DNA of 60,111 nt, taken from NCBI GenBank assembly GCA_046715355.1, contig JBKJZJ010000214.1, forward strand, positions 1 through 60,111, in the 5' to 3' direction. A model generated the notes under the pieces. That model saw nothing but the letters and a program-made list of their open reading frames with translations. It ran no database searches and was not told where the DNA came from. Below are positions 1-9,146 of this stretch, in pieces. Origin of the DNA: Allosphingosinicella sp. (GTDB lineage Bacteria > Pseudomonadota > Alphaproteobacteria > Sphingomonadales > Sphingomonadaceae). Within the stretch, counting starts at the first letter, position 1; each line of letters begins with the position of its first letter. A program made the position numbers and the translations under genes.

Positions 1-186
1 CCAGCACGTAGCCCGGCAGGGCGGAGTGCCGATAGGGACTCGCGGGTTCGACCACCGGTTTGGGCGGGCTGGAGCGGGTAGCGGGAATCGAACCAGCACG
101 TAGCCCGGCAGGGCGGAGTGCCGATAGGGACTCGCGGGTTCGACCACCGGTTTGGGCGGGCTGGAGCGGGTAGCGGGAATCGAACC
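1..186. repeat. 92-bp tandem repeat, each unit containing the 3' 25 nt of tRNA-Gly (tRNA-linked repeat)
   Basis: 1-92 is identical to 93-184; each unit contains tggagcgggtagcgggaatcgaacc; the array may continue past the window edge. Confidence 0.9.
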
Positions 187-235
187 CGCGTCACAAGCTT
201 GGAAGGCTAGTGCTCTACCATTGAGCTATACCCGC
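162..235 (-). tRNA. tRNA-Gly(TCC)
   Basis: Reverse complement GCGGGTATAGCTCAATGGTAGAGC...CTTCCAA...GGTTCGATTCCCGCTACCCGCTCCA folds as a cloverleaf with anticodon TCC and an encoded CCA. Confidence 0.97.
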
Positions 236-285
236 TTAGGGCCGGCCCGGCCGCGGCTTTCCCTGCCAGAGCCGGCATCGCCGCG

Positions 286-738
286 TCAACCGAACGCGAT
301 CAGCGCCATCGCGGCGAGCGTGACCGCGAGGATCTTGAGCTCGGCGGGAAGCGCGCGCGGCGCGCAGAGCAGGAACAGGCGCGCCATCTGGCCGAGGCCG
401 AGCGCGCGGTGCAGGCGGCACCCCATCCGGTTGTCGTGCGACCAGCGCACGTCCGCGGTCACCGCGCCGACCAGGGGAATGCGCAGCCGGACCCGGCTTC
501 CGGCCCGGATATGCTCCGAGGTCAGCGCCATGAAGCCCGACCGCGAGACGTTCCGCAGCGACAGCGCCAGATCGGGCCGGCCCTCCCTTTCGAGATAGGC
601 CTTGCCGAAAGCCGGCAGCCGGTTCTGGGAGCGGACGATATGATGGGCGGCCGAGACCAGCCGGGTCGAAAGTGCGCGCACCGATAGCGTTCCTTGTGTC
701 GTGGCCCGGCTGACGGGCGCCGCACCGCGCCGATACAA
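286..738 (-). CDS. PilZ-domain protein with C-terminal membrane helix
   Basis: LRNVSRSGF and VRW...MGCRL PilZ-like motifs; start codon uncertain. Confidence 0.65.
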   Translation of the reverse strand: MYRRGAAPVSRATTQGTLSVRALSTRLVSAAHHIVRSQNRLPAFGKAYLEREGRPDLALSLRNVSRSGFMALTSEHIRAGSRVRLRIPLVGAVTADVRWSHDNRMGCRLHRALGLGQMARLFLLCAPRALPAELKILAVTLAAMALIAFG

Positions 739-865
739 AGCGACTGTCTAAAATCGGGTTAACCACGCAAAGGCGAGACATCGCCGTCGCTTTGGCCTCC
801 ATTGGGACAATGCGGCCCGGGCCGGCACTGGCGCGGGACTTCGCTTATTCTTCGCGCTATAGGCG

Positions 866-1441
866 GTGTGGGGCGACGATGAGGATTTGCGGGGGCATGA
901 CAGGGCTGGGGCATTGCCCGTGACGATTGCCGCGAGCGGCGGCGACGGCGCCGCGCCGCCGTTCGAGACCATCGTCGCTGATTACGGCCCGCTCATCTCG
1001 CGCATCGCCTCCTCCTACGAGGCCGATCCCAGCCTGCGCGAGGACCTCACCCAGCAGATCTTCCTGGCGGTCTGGCAGGCTTTGCCCTCCTGGCGCGCCG
1101 ACGCGTCGCTGAAGACCTTCATCGCCCGGGTGGCGCAGAACCGCTCGATCTCCTTCGTCACCAAGCAGGTTCGCCAGCCGCCGGTCGCCGAGCTTCCGGA
1201 GAAGCTGGAAGCCGAGGCGCCCAATCCCGAAGAGCATGCGATCGAATCGAATGAGCGTGAGATGCTAATGGAAGCGACCCGCAAGCTGCCTTTGCCGCAA
1301 CGGCAAGTCATCATCCTGGTTCTCGAAGGTTTTACTTACCCAGAGATTTCCGAAATGCTTGAGATCGCCCCCAATGCCCTGGCGCTCAGGCTGTCCCGTG
1401 CCAAAGCGGCACTCAAGTCGATGCTGGAGCGTGATGAATGA
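866..1441 (+). CDS. ECF-type RNA polymerase sigma-70 factor
   Basis: Region 2 EDLTQQIFLAVW...TFIARVAQN; region 4 LPLPQRQVIIL...EGFTYPEISEML. Confidence 0.93.
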   Translation: MWGDDEDLRGHDRAGALPVTIAASGGDGAAPPFETIVADYGPLISRIASSYEADPSLREDLTQQIFLAVWQALPSWRADASLKTFIARVAQNRSISFVTKQVRQPPVAELPEKLEAEAPNPEEHAIESNEREMLMEATRKLPLPQRQVIILVLEGFTYPEISEMLEIAPNALALRLSRAKAALKSMLERDE

Positions 1442-2055
1442 CCGACCTCGACCTTGACCGCCTCGGCGATGTCTGGCGCCAGCAGCCGGACCCGGCCGAG
1501 CTGGAGCGGCTGCAGCGCAGCGCGGCCGCGGTGAGCCGGCGCGCCCGGCGCTCGCGCGTCATCGACATGGTCGCGACGCTCGCGGTCGCGGCGGTCGTGA
1601 TCCTGCTCGTGCTGACCAATCCGAAGACCGAGACGTTCGTGATCGGCAGCGCGGCGATCCTCGTCCTGCTCGGCAGCAACATCCGCCTGCGCAAGCTCAG
1701 GCAGGTCGAATTGCGGAGCCTGACCGGGAGCACCGAGGACATGCTCGACCAGAGCATCGAGCGCATCGAAACCACCCTCAAGCACGACCGCCTGAGCCTC
1801 ATCGCCGGCGGTCCCTATCTGCTCATCGGCCTGGTGTTCGCGGCCTCCGCCGACAGTTCCGCCCTCGGCGACTTGTTCCCGACGCTGCAGGCGCTGAACC
1901 TGTCCCGCGCACTTTGGAGCGGGCTCGTCATTTTCGCGCTGGCGATCGCGGCCCTGTTCCTCGCCTTCAGGATGCGGCGGGGTCGCCGCGAGCTGGAGCG
2001 GCTGCGGACGATGCGCGAAGCCTATCGTCATGAGCATGAATCGACGACTCCGTGA
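1438..2055 (+). CDS. Putative membrane anti-sigma factor
   Basis: ATGA overlap with the sigma gene, LGDVWRQQ N-terminus, four hydrophobic segments. Confidence 0.75.
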   Translation: MTDLDLDRLGDVWRQQPDPAELERLQRSAAAVSRRARRSRVIDMVATLAVAAVVILLVLTNPKTETFVIGSAAILVLLGSNIRLRKLRQVELRSLTGSTEDMLDQSIERIETTLKHDRLSLIAGGPYLLIGLVFAASADSSALGDLFPTLQALNLSRALWSGLVIFALAIAALFLAFRMRRGRRELERLRTMREAYRHEHESTTP

Positions 2056-2162
2056 TTTGCGTTTTATTCTAGGTAAACGGAATCTGTTCGGCGGTTTAGC
2101 AAAGTTTCAACGCCTTTCCGCTACATGTCTCCCGTCGAAGCAAAATTAGGGAAGGCGAGACA

Positions 2163-2300
2163 ATGGACAAGATTCGGATGACGGTCGAGGAGCTCCCCGA
2201 GCTCGAGACCGAAGTCGCGGTTTCCGGCGCGGTCAAGCAGCAGGAGGTCGGGGGCTTCCTGTGCCTGTGCCTCGCGGCCGGCATCGCGCTGGGCCTTTAA
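2163..2300 (+). CDS. 45-aa putative RiPP precursor MDKIRMTVEELPELETEVAVSGAVKQQEVGGFLCLCLAAGIALGL
   Basis: Below the ORF-track size cutoff; purine-rich RBS agggaagg upstream; high-GC3 codon use; acidic leader, GG, hydrophobic CxC core; followed by a hairpin and two enzyme-like genes. Confidence 0.75.
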   Translation: MDKIRMTVEELPELETEVAVSGAVKQQEVGGFLCLCLAAGIALGL

Positions 2301-2319
2301 GCCAGTTCAACATGATCGC

Positions 2320-2362
2320 GGCCCGGCGCGCGAGACGGGTTGAAGCCCGCCGCCGCCGGGCC
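2320..2362 (+). terminator. GC-rich stem-loop after the precursor peptide gene
   Basis: ggcccggcg (2320-2328) pairs with cgccgggcc (2354-2362), with an inner cggg/cccg stem. Confidence 0.55.
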
Positions 2363-2391
2363 GGTTCGTTCCCGCGGCCGGTGGAACAATC

Positions 2392-3375
2392 ATGATCGTC
2401 GGTGAGGACCTCAAAGCCTGGCTCGCGGACCGCCCGCGCCAGCGCCGGACGCAGGCCGAGATCGACGCCTTCGGCCGCGACTGGGGCCTGAGCGCTGTGC
2501 ACCGGCGCTTCGACGAGGCCTTCTCGGCCATCGCCGCGCCGACCGCCGAGAAGGTCGCGGCCGCTGCTTCGGCACTGTTCGCCGACGATGGCTGGGTGGA
2601 AATCCTGGTCGAGAGCCTCGCCGCCAAGATGCGCGCCGACCCCTATTTCCATCCGCCCTTCCGGCCGTTGATGACGGACGTGCATAGCGGCCTGCTCGTT
2701 TACGAGCACGAAACCGTGTCGATCGCGATCGGCGTCAGCACCGCGGCGCAGCTCGCCGCCAAGAAGACGGCGCCGCGCCGCGGGCCGACCTCGGTCGGTT
2801 TCAACGGCCAGTATTGCGTGTTCAAGTTCGTCAAGGCGGGCGGCGCCCGTTTCTCGTTCTGGGAGGCGCCGCCGATCACCGCCGGCTTCACCGGCGCCGA
2901 AGCCGGGACCTGCGTGCGCACCGGCGAGCGCGACATCGATGACGGCGAGATCCTTGAGATCGACGGCCGCCGCCAATCCTATGTGATCGAGAAGCTGCGC
3001 GGCAACCTCTTCGTCCTGCAGGCCTCGATCGCGCTCGACCAGGCCCCGCTCGGCGTCGAATATGATTCGGCGAGCGGCGCATTCGTCGGCTGCAGCGCCG
3101 CCGACGACACCGCCTCGCGCATCCAGATGATCACCACGCTCCTCAGGAAGCTCGATTGCGACGCCGCTTTGCCGGCCATGGCCGAGCTGCTCGACCATCC
3201 GGACTTCTTCGTGCGCTGGCACGTCATGAAGGAGATGCTCGGGCTCGACGTCCAGCTGGCGCTGCCCCACCTCAGGCGAATGGCGGCGAGCGACCCGCAT
3301 CCCGATCCGCGCCGGGCCGCGCGCGCCGTGCTCGACCGGCTCGAAGCCCCCGCCGCCAAGCAGCGGGCCGCCTGA
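2392..3375 (+). CDS. Cupin-like protein with C-terminal HEAT repeats, no obvious His metal motif
   Basis: C-terminal LLDHPDFFVRWHVMKE and DPHPDPRRAARAVL HEAT-like repeats; beta-rich middle region. Confidence 0.7.
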   Translation: MIVGEDLKAWLADRPRQRRTQAEIDAFGRDWGLSAVHRRFDEAFSAIAAPTAEKVAAAASALFADDGWVEILVESLAAKMRADPYFHPPFRPLMTDVHSGLLVYEHETVSIAIGVSTAAQLAAKKTAPRRGPTSVGFNGQYCVFKFVKAGGARFSFWEAPPITAGFTGAEAGTCVRTGERDIDDGEILEIDGRRQSYVIEKLRGNLFVLQASIALDQAPLGVEYDSASGAFVGCSAADDTASRIQMITTLLRKLDCDAALPAMAELLDHPDFFVRWHVMKEMLGLDVQLALPHLRRMAASDPHPDPRRAARAVLDRLEAPAAKQRAA

Positions 3376-3376
3376 C

Positions 3377-4297
3377 ATGCCACGCATCATCCCCTGCCAG
3401 GTCGAGACCGCGATCGAGCTCGGCGAGCTCATCGAGGCGCTCAACGATCCGCGCTTCGATCCGCGCGACGAGGAGAGCTTCGTCGCCTTCGGCCCGCTCC
3501 TGAAGCAGCTCGCCAACAACCGCTCCTTCCTCGCCGACATCGCGCTTGCCGAGCTGAAGGACCGGTGTGGCCGGCAAAGCGCCGGCAATCGCTATTCGAG
3601 CCAGGTGATCATGCTGCACCGCGCCTCGGAGAAATACTTCATCCGCGCCAATTTCTGGCCCTCGCCCCGCGACAGCATCTTCAAGGCGAGCGGCACTTCG
3701 CCTTTCTTCTACCACGTGCCGCACGACCATAATTTCTCGTTCCTCACCGTCGGCTATCTCGGCCCCGGCTATTGGAGCGACTATTACGAATATGATTATA
3801 GCGGCGTCGTCGGCCTTCCGGGCGAGCAGGTCGACCTGCGCTTCGTCGAGAAGTCGCGGCTCGAGCCGGGCAAGGTGATGCTCTATCGCGCCCATAAGGA
3901 CGTGCACAACCAGCTCCCGGCCGACGAGCTCTCCATCTCGCTCAACATCATGGAGTCCTCGCCGAGCCTGCCCTTCCTCAGCCAGTATCGGTTCGACGTG
4001 GCGACCTGCACGATCGCGGGCATCCTCACCCGGACCGCGACCGAATCCCTGCTCGCGATCGCCGCCAATCATGGCGGCGGCAACGGCCGCGACCTGGTCG
4101 AGAGCGTCGCGGCGCGCCACCCCTGCGACCGCATCCAGTTCGCCGCGCTGCGCGAGCTCGCCGCCGCCGCGCCCGACCTCGACAGCGGCCTCGAGCTGCT
4201 CGCGCGCGGACGCGCCTCGCCCGACGCCTTCGTCGCGGGGATGAGCGCCCATGAAAGCGCGCGGATCGAGGCGTGCAGGGCGTGGATCGAACGTTGA
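3377..4297 (+). CDS. Cupin-fold (thiol dioxygenase-like) metalloenzyme with helical C-terminus
   Basis: RANFW...PHDHNFSFLTVGY...HKDVH gives an HxH...H metal triad; 1 nt from the upstream stop. Confidence 0.72.
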   Translation: MPRIIPCQVETAIELGELIEALNDPRFDPRDEESFVAFGPLLKQLANNRSFLADIALAELKDRCGRQSAGNRYSSQVIMLHRASEKYFIRANFWPSPRDSIFKASGTSPFFYHVPHDHNFSFLTVGYLGPGYWSDYYEYDYSGVVGLPGEQVDLRFVEKSRLEPGKVMLYRAHKDVHNQLPADELSISLNIMESSPSLPFLSQYRFDVATCTIAGILTRTATESLLAIAANHGGGNGRDLVESVAARHPCDRIQFAALRELAAAAPDLDSGLELLARGRASPDAFVAGMSAHESARIEACRAWIER

Positions 4298-4348
4298 ACC
4301 GGGGGCGGCGCCGCGAACGGCGTCAAGCGGTCGGGACGAAAGCGCCGC

Positions 4349-4558
4349 TCAGTTCCTGAGCCGCGAGGGCGCTTCCTCGGTTGCCTGTTCCTCGATCTTC
4401 CCCGGCACGGTCCATTTGATCCCCGACGCCTTCGAAACGTCCTTCACGGCCTGCTTGGCCCTGACGGCGTCTTTGGCGGCTTCGAGCTCGGTGTCGCGCC
4501 ATGGGCCGGTGAGAACGGAAGTGCGGTATCGGTAGCGGCGCACGGCATGCTCCTCCAC
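4349..4558 (-). CDS. Small hypothetical protein
   Basis: 69-aa ORF RYRYRTSVLTGPWR...WTVPGKIEE filling an intergenic gap. Confidence 0.6.
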   Translation of the reverse strand: MEEHAVRRYRYRTSVLTGPWRDTELEAAKDAVRAKQAVKDVSKASGIKWTVPGKIEEQATEEAPSRLRN

Positions 4559-4683
4559 CTTCGATAGTCTCTCGTTAACCGCAAATCTTTCGCCGATCCG
4601 GACCTCTTTCGGAAAGTCGTTGGCGAACAGCGCCTTGTCGCGAAAGATTACTTTTGCCCCGGGCCTGGGATAGAGCCGGGGCG

Positions 4684-5913
4684 ATGATCGGAAAACTTCC
4701 CCGCCGCGGCGTGCGCTCGGCGCTGCGCCGGTTTCTCGATGCCGAAGCGGCGGGCGGGCTCGTCCTGGTCGCCGCCTCGGCGCTCGCCTTGGTGGCGGCG
4801 AACAGCGCCTGGGGCGAGGCTTATCGCCACCTCCTCCATATCGAAACCGGTCCCGCCCTGTCGCCGCGGCTCGGGCCGATGACCGTCCACCTGTGGATCA
4901 ACGACGGCCTGATGGCCTTGTTCTTCCTGCTCGTCGGGCTGGAGATCAAGCGCGAGTTCGCCGACGGCGGGCTGGCGACCTGGGAGAAGAGGCGACTGCC
5001 GCTGATCGCCGCGGCCGCGGGCATGGTCCTGCCCGCAATCCTCTACCTCGCTTTGGCCGGCGGCGCGCCCGGGCTCGCGCGCGGCTGGGCGATCCCGGCC
5101 GCGACCGACATCGCCTTCGCCCTCGCCGTGCTCGCCTTGCTCGGCCCGCGCGTGCCGGCCTCCCTGAAGCTCCTCCTCGCCACGATCGCCATCGCCGACG
5201 ATCTCGGCGCGGTCGCGATCATCGCTTTGGCCTATACCGACAGGCTCGATTTGACGGCGCTGGCGGCGGCGGCGGCGATCCTGCTCGCCATGTACTTGAT
5301 GGGGCGAAGCGGCGTGGCGCGGCTCTGGCCCTATCTGATCGGCGCCGCCTTGCTCTGGTACCTTGTCCTGCTATCGGGCGTGCATGCCACCGTCGCAGGC
5401 GTGCTCGCCGCGGCATTCATCCCGGTCACCAGGAGCCCGGGCGCGCCCGATTCGCGGGATTCGGTCCTGCACCGCCTCGAACACGAGCTGACACCCTGGG
5501 TCGCCTTCCTGATCGTGCCCCTGTTCGGCTTCGCCAATGCCGGCGTCTCGCTGGCCGGCTTCGATCCCGCGTCCCTGCTCGCGCCGCTGCCGCTCGGCGT
5601 CGCCGCCGGCCTGTTCGTCGGCAAGCAATTGGGAATATTCGGCGCGATCCGGCTCGCGGTCCACTTCGGCCTCGCCCGCCCGCCGCAGGACGCGACCTGG
5701 CTCCAGCTCTATGCGATGGCGACGCTCTGCGGTATCGGCTTCACGATGAGCCTGTTCATCGGCGCGCTCGCCTTTCCGGACGACCCGGCCCTGGTCGAGC
5801 AGGCCAAGATCGGCACGTTGATCGGCTCTTTCGCCTCGGCTTTGGCGGGCTATGCCCTGCTCCGCCTGGCGCCGGCGCGGCGCCGCCCCGCCGTGCCCGG
5901 CGCAAGCGATTGA
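4684..5913 (+). CDS. nhaA: Na+/H+ antiporter NhaA
   Basis: WINDGLMALFFLLVGLEIKRE, ATDIAFA, AIADDLGA and CGIGFTMSLFI signature motifs. Confidence 0.97.
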   Translation: MIGKLPRRGVRSALRRFLDAEAAGGLVLVAASALALVAANSAWGEAYRHLLHIETGPALSPRLGPMTVHLWINDGLMALFFLLVGLEIKREFADGGLATWEKRRLPLIAAAAGMVLPAILYLALAGGAPGLARGWAIPAATDIAFALAVLALLGPRVPASLKLLLATIAIADDLGAVAIIALAYTDRLDLTALAAAAAILLAMYLMGRSGVARLWPYLIGAALLWYLVLLSGVHATVAGVLAAAFIPVTRSPGAPDSRDSVLHRLEHELTPWVAFLIVPLFGFANAGVSLAGFDPASLLAPLPLGVAAGLFVGKQLGIFGAIRLAVHFGLARPPQDATWLQLYAMATLCGIGFTMSLFIGALAFPDDPALVEQAKIGTLIGSFASALAGYALLRLAPARRRPAVPGASD

Positions 5914-5996
5914 CCTCGTTCACGAAAGCGCCAGCCCGAGAGGTTTAGCACTGGTATTGCGGCGCGGCGGCGACTACATCGCGCGGCTCGGCTTTA

Positions 5997-7421
5997 ATGT
6001 GGAGGATTGTGCGCGGCACCTTTCGATGTGCGGCTCTGGCTGGTCTGGCGGTGAGCGCGTCCGCGCTCGCCCAGACCACTGCGCCCGCGCCACAGGAGCT
6101 GCCGGCGCCGACCGGCACGCCGATGAGCATCGATTTCGAGGCCGATCCGGTGCTGCGCCTCAGCCGCACCCAGGCGCGCTTCGAGCCGTTCCGTGCCGCC
6201 ATCGCGCATGCGGTCGAAAACCACCCCGGCACGCTGGAGGCGGCGGCGGGCGAGGACGAGGCGCTCGGCGTGCTCGAGGAAGCGCGGCAGGCGGAGCTGC
6301 CCACGGTCGACCTCAACGTCACCTCCTACCGGGTGCTTTCGCGCGATTTCTCCAACGACGAGTTCAACATCATCGAGCGGTCGCGGCCCAGGCAGCGCAC
6401 CGACGTCCTGCTCAACGTCACCCAGACCCTGTTCGATTTCGGAGCGACCCAGCGGCGCATCCTCGCCGCCGGCGCACGGCTCCGGGCCGCCGGCGCCGAT
6501 CTCGAAACGCAGGCCGACCGGATCGCGCTGAATGCGATCGGCGCCTGGTACGACGTCTTCGCCTTTCGCGCGCTGGTCGCCGTGACCGAGGCCTTCGCCG
6601 CCAACCAGCGCGAGCTGCGCGCCGCGGTGGAGATGCGCATCCGCCAGGGCGTCTCGGCCGAAAGCGACCTCGCCCGCGTCGATTCCTACATTGCCCAGAC
6701 CGATACCCGCCTCGCCCGCTTCCGCCGCCAGCTGGCCAGCGCCGAGGCGCGCTTCACCGAGCTGACCGGCGCGGCCGTCCCCGCCGGCCTCGAGCGCGCG
6801 CCCGTCCCGGGCGGAATCGTGTCGAGCCGCGAGCAAGCCGTGCTCGCTGCCGGCGCGGCCCCCGCCGTGCGCAGCGCCCAGGCGAGCTCCGACGCCAGCG
6901 CCCAGGAGGCGCGCGCCGCCCGCGCCGACCGGCTGCCGGCGATCACCGCCGGCGTCGACGCCGGCCGCTACGGCATCATCGAGAATGACCGCGACTATGA
7001 CATTCGCGGCCGCATCGCGCTTCGCTACCGCATCTTCGGCGCCGCCGACGCCCGCTCCGAGCAATATGACGCCCGCGCCCGCGGCGCCGAGGCGCGCGCG
7101 CTGCGCATCCGCGTGGAGGCCGAGCGCGACGCCGCCATCGCCTGGTCGGACGTGCGCGCGCTGGAGCAGCAGCTGGCCGCGCTCGAGGCCTCCTATATCG
7201 CCAGCCGCCGCTCGCGCGACACCATCGTCGAGCGCTTCCGCGTCGCCCGCGGCACATTGTTCGACGTGGTTGCCGCCGAGGACGCTTATTTCGAGAGCGC
7301 CACCGCCTATATCCAGGCGGTGTCGGAATTGGACGCCGCGCGATACGTGCTGCTATCGCGCATGGGCCGGCTGCTCGACCTGCTCGAGGTCGACCCGGAC
7401 CGGCTCAGAGGTGAAGGGTGA
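5997..7421 (+). CDS. TolC-family outer membrane protein of a type I secretion system
   Basis: Signal peptide, two OEP repeats (QTLFDFG; ERFRVARGTLFDVV), operonic with ABC and HlyD genes. Confidence 0.9.
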   Translation: MWRIVRGTFRCAALAGLAVSASALAQTTAPAPQELPAPTGTPMSIDFEADPVLRLSRTQARFEPFRAAIAHAVENHPGTLEAAAGEDEALGVLEEARQAELPTVDLNVTSYRVLSRDFSNDEFNIIERSRPRQRTDVLLNVTQTLFDFGATQRRILAAGARLRAAGADLETQADRIALNAIGAWYDVFAFRALVAVTEAFAANQRELRAAVEMRIRQGVSAESDLARVDSYIAQTDTRLARFRRQLASAEARFTELTGAAVPAGLERAPVPGGIVSSREQAVLAAGAAPAVRSAQASSDASAQEARAARADRLPAITAGVDAGRYGIIENDRDYDIRGRIALRYRIFGAADARSEQYDARARGAEARALRIRVEAERDAAIAWSDVRALEQQLAALEASYIASRRSRDTIVERFRVARGTLFDVVAAEDAYFESATAYIQAVSELDAARYVLLSRMGRLLDLLEVDPDRLRGEG

Positions 7422-9145
7422 GCGAAGAAAATCTCATCAAGGTCCCCACGCCGCGCCTCGCCGCCTGGCTGATGGAGCCTATGAAGGCCAACAAGGCGAC
7501 CTATTGGAAGGTCGCGATGGCCGCGGTCTTCATCAACATCTTCGGCCTGCTGACCTCCTTGTTCACGATGACGGTCTACGACCGCGTCGTCCCCAACAAC
7601 GCCACCTCGTCGCTGATCGCGCTCACCATCGGCTTTTCCATCGTCATCATCTTCGATTTCGTGCTGAAGCTGCTCAGGGCCTATTTCGTCGACCATGCCG
7701 GCGCCCAGATCGACCGCGACATCGGCGATTCGGTGTTCGACCGCATGATCAGGATGCGGCTCGAATTGAAGAAGGGCTCGACCGGCGCGCTCGCCGGCCT
7801 GCTGCGCGAACTGGAGGCGCTGCGCGACTTCTTCGCCTCGGCGACCTTGACCGCGGTCGTCGACGTGCCCTTCATCATCCTCACCCTGTTCCTGGTCTGG
7901 ATGATCGGCGGCGCGGTGGTGATCGTCCCGGCGATCATGGTGCCCTTGGTCATCCTCGTCGGCTGGCTCACCCACCCCGCGCTGGAGCGGCTCTCCGCCC
8001 GCGCGATGGGCGAAGGCCTGCTCAAGCAATCGGTGCTGGTCGAAACCATCGGCGGCCTCGAGACGGTGAAGACGTCCGGCGCCTCGCCTTTGCTGACGCA
8101 GCGCTGGCACAAAGCGGTCGAGCAGCATTCGGACAGCTCGCTGCGCCAGCGCCTGGTCGGCGCGATCGGCGTCACCTTCGCGACCTCGGCCGGGACCATC
8201 TCCTATGCCGGCGTCGTCATCGTCGGGGTCGGCATGATCGCCGAGCGCGAGCTGACCATGGGCGGCCTCATCGCCTGCTCGATCCTCGCCGGCCGGGCGA
8301 TCGCGCCGCTCGCCCAGATCTCGCAATTGCTGTCGCGCCTCACCCAGACCCGCACCGCCTATCGCCAGATCAACGAGATGATGCAGATGCCGCCCGAGGG
8401 CCCCGAGGGCGAGGCGATCAAGCTGAGGAATGTCGAGGGCAAGATCGAGTTCCGCAATGTCGGCTTCCGCTATCCGGGCGCGCCCGAGCGCGCGCTGGAC
8501 GCACTGAGCTTCACCGTCAATCCGGGCGAGCATGTCGCCCTGCTCGGCCGGGTCGGCTCCGGCAAATCGACCATCGCTCGCCTGATCCTCGGCCTCTATC
8601 CGCCCGAGGAGGGGCTGATCATGGTCGACGGGTCCGACATCCGCCAGCTCGACCCCCCCGACCTTCGCGCCCATATCGGCGCGGCGATGCAGGAGAGCGT
8701 GCTGCTCACCGGCTCGGTGCGCGAGAATATCCAGCTCGGCCGCGCCGGGATCGACGACGAGGAGCTGGTCCGCGTCTCCCAGATTTCCGGCACCCACCAG
8801 TTCATGGGGCAGATCGCCAACGGCTACGACCTCAGGCTCGCCGACCGCGGCGAGGGCCTCAGCGGCGGCCAGCGCCAGTCGATCGCCGTCGCCCGAGCGC
8901 TCGCCGGCCGGCCGCCGATCATCCTGATGGACGAGCCGACCAGCGCGATGGACGCGCAGACCGAGGGCGCCCTGATCCAGCGGATGCAGGAGGAATTGAA
9001 GGGCCGCACGGTGATCCTGATCACCCATCGTCCGCCTTTGCTCCAGCTCGTCCAGCGCATCATCCTGCTCGACCAGGGCAAGATCGTCTCGGACGGCCCG
9101 CGCGACAATGTGCTGAAGCAGATCATGCGTCCGAAGGCCGCCTGA
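7418..9145 (+). CDS. Type I secretion ABC permease/ATPase without a C39 domain
   Basis: VYDRVVP, Walker A GRVGSGKST, LSGGQRQ, MDEPTS. Confidence 0.95.
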   Translation: MSEENLIKVPTPRLAAWLMEPMKANKATYWKVAMAAVFINIFGLLTSLFTMTVYDRVVPNNATSSLIALTIGFSIVIIFDFVLKLLRAYFVDHAGAQIDRDIGDSVFDRMIRMRLELKKGSTGALAGLLRELEALRDFFASATLTAVVDVPFIILTLFLVWMIGGAVVIVPAIMVPLVILVGWLTHPALERLSARAMGEGLLKQSVLVETIGGLETVKTSGASPLLTQRWHKAVEQHSDSSLRQRLVGAIGVTFATSAGTISYAGVVIVGVGMIAERELTMGGLIACSILAGRAIAPLAQISQLLSRLTQTRTAYRQINEMMQMPPEGPEGEAIKLRNVEGKIEFRNVGFRYPGAPERALDALSFTVNPGEHVALLGRVGSGKSTIARLILGLYPPEEGLIMVDGSDIRQLDPPDLRAHIGAAMQESVLLTGSVRENIQLGRAGIDDEELVRVSQISGTHQFMGQIANGYDLRLADRGEGLSGGQRQSIAVARALAGRPPIILMDEPTSAMDAQTEGALIQRMQEELKGRTVILITHRPPLLQLVQRIILLDQGKIVSDGPRDNVLKQIMRPKAA

Positions 9146-9146
9146 C

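Noticed and set aside
1-186. CRISPR array
   Set aside because: The units are fully identical with no variable spacers, derive from the tRNA end, and no cas genes are present
152-598. 148-aa ORF
   Set aside because: It runs antisense through tRNA-Gly and the PilZ gene; a shadow ORF
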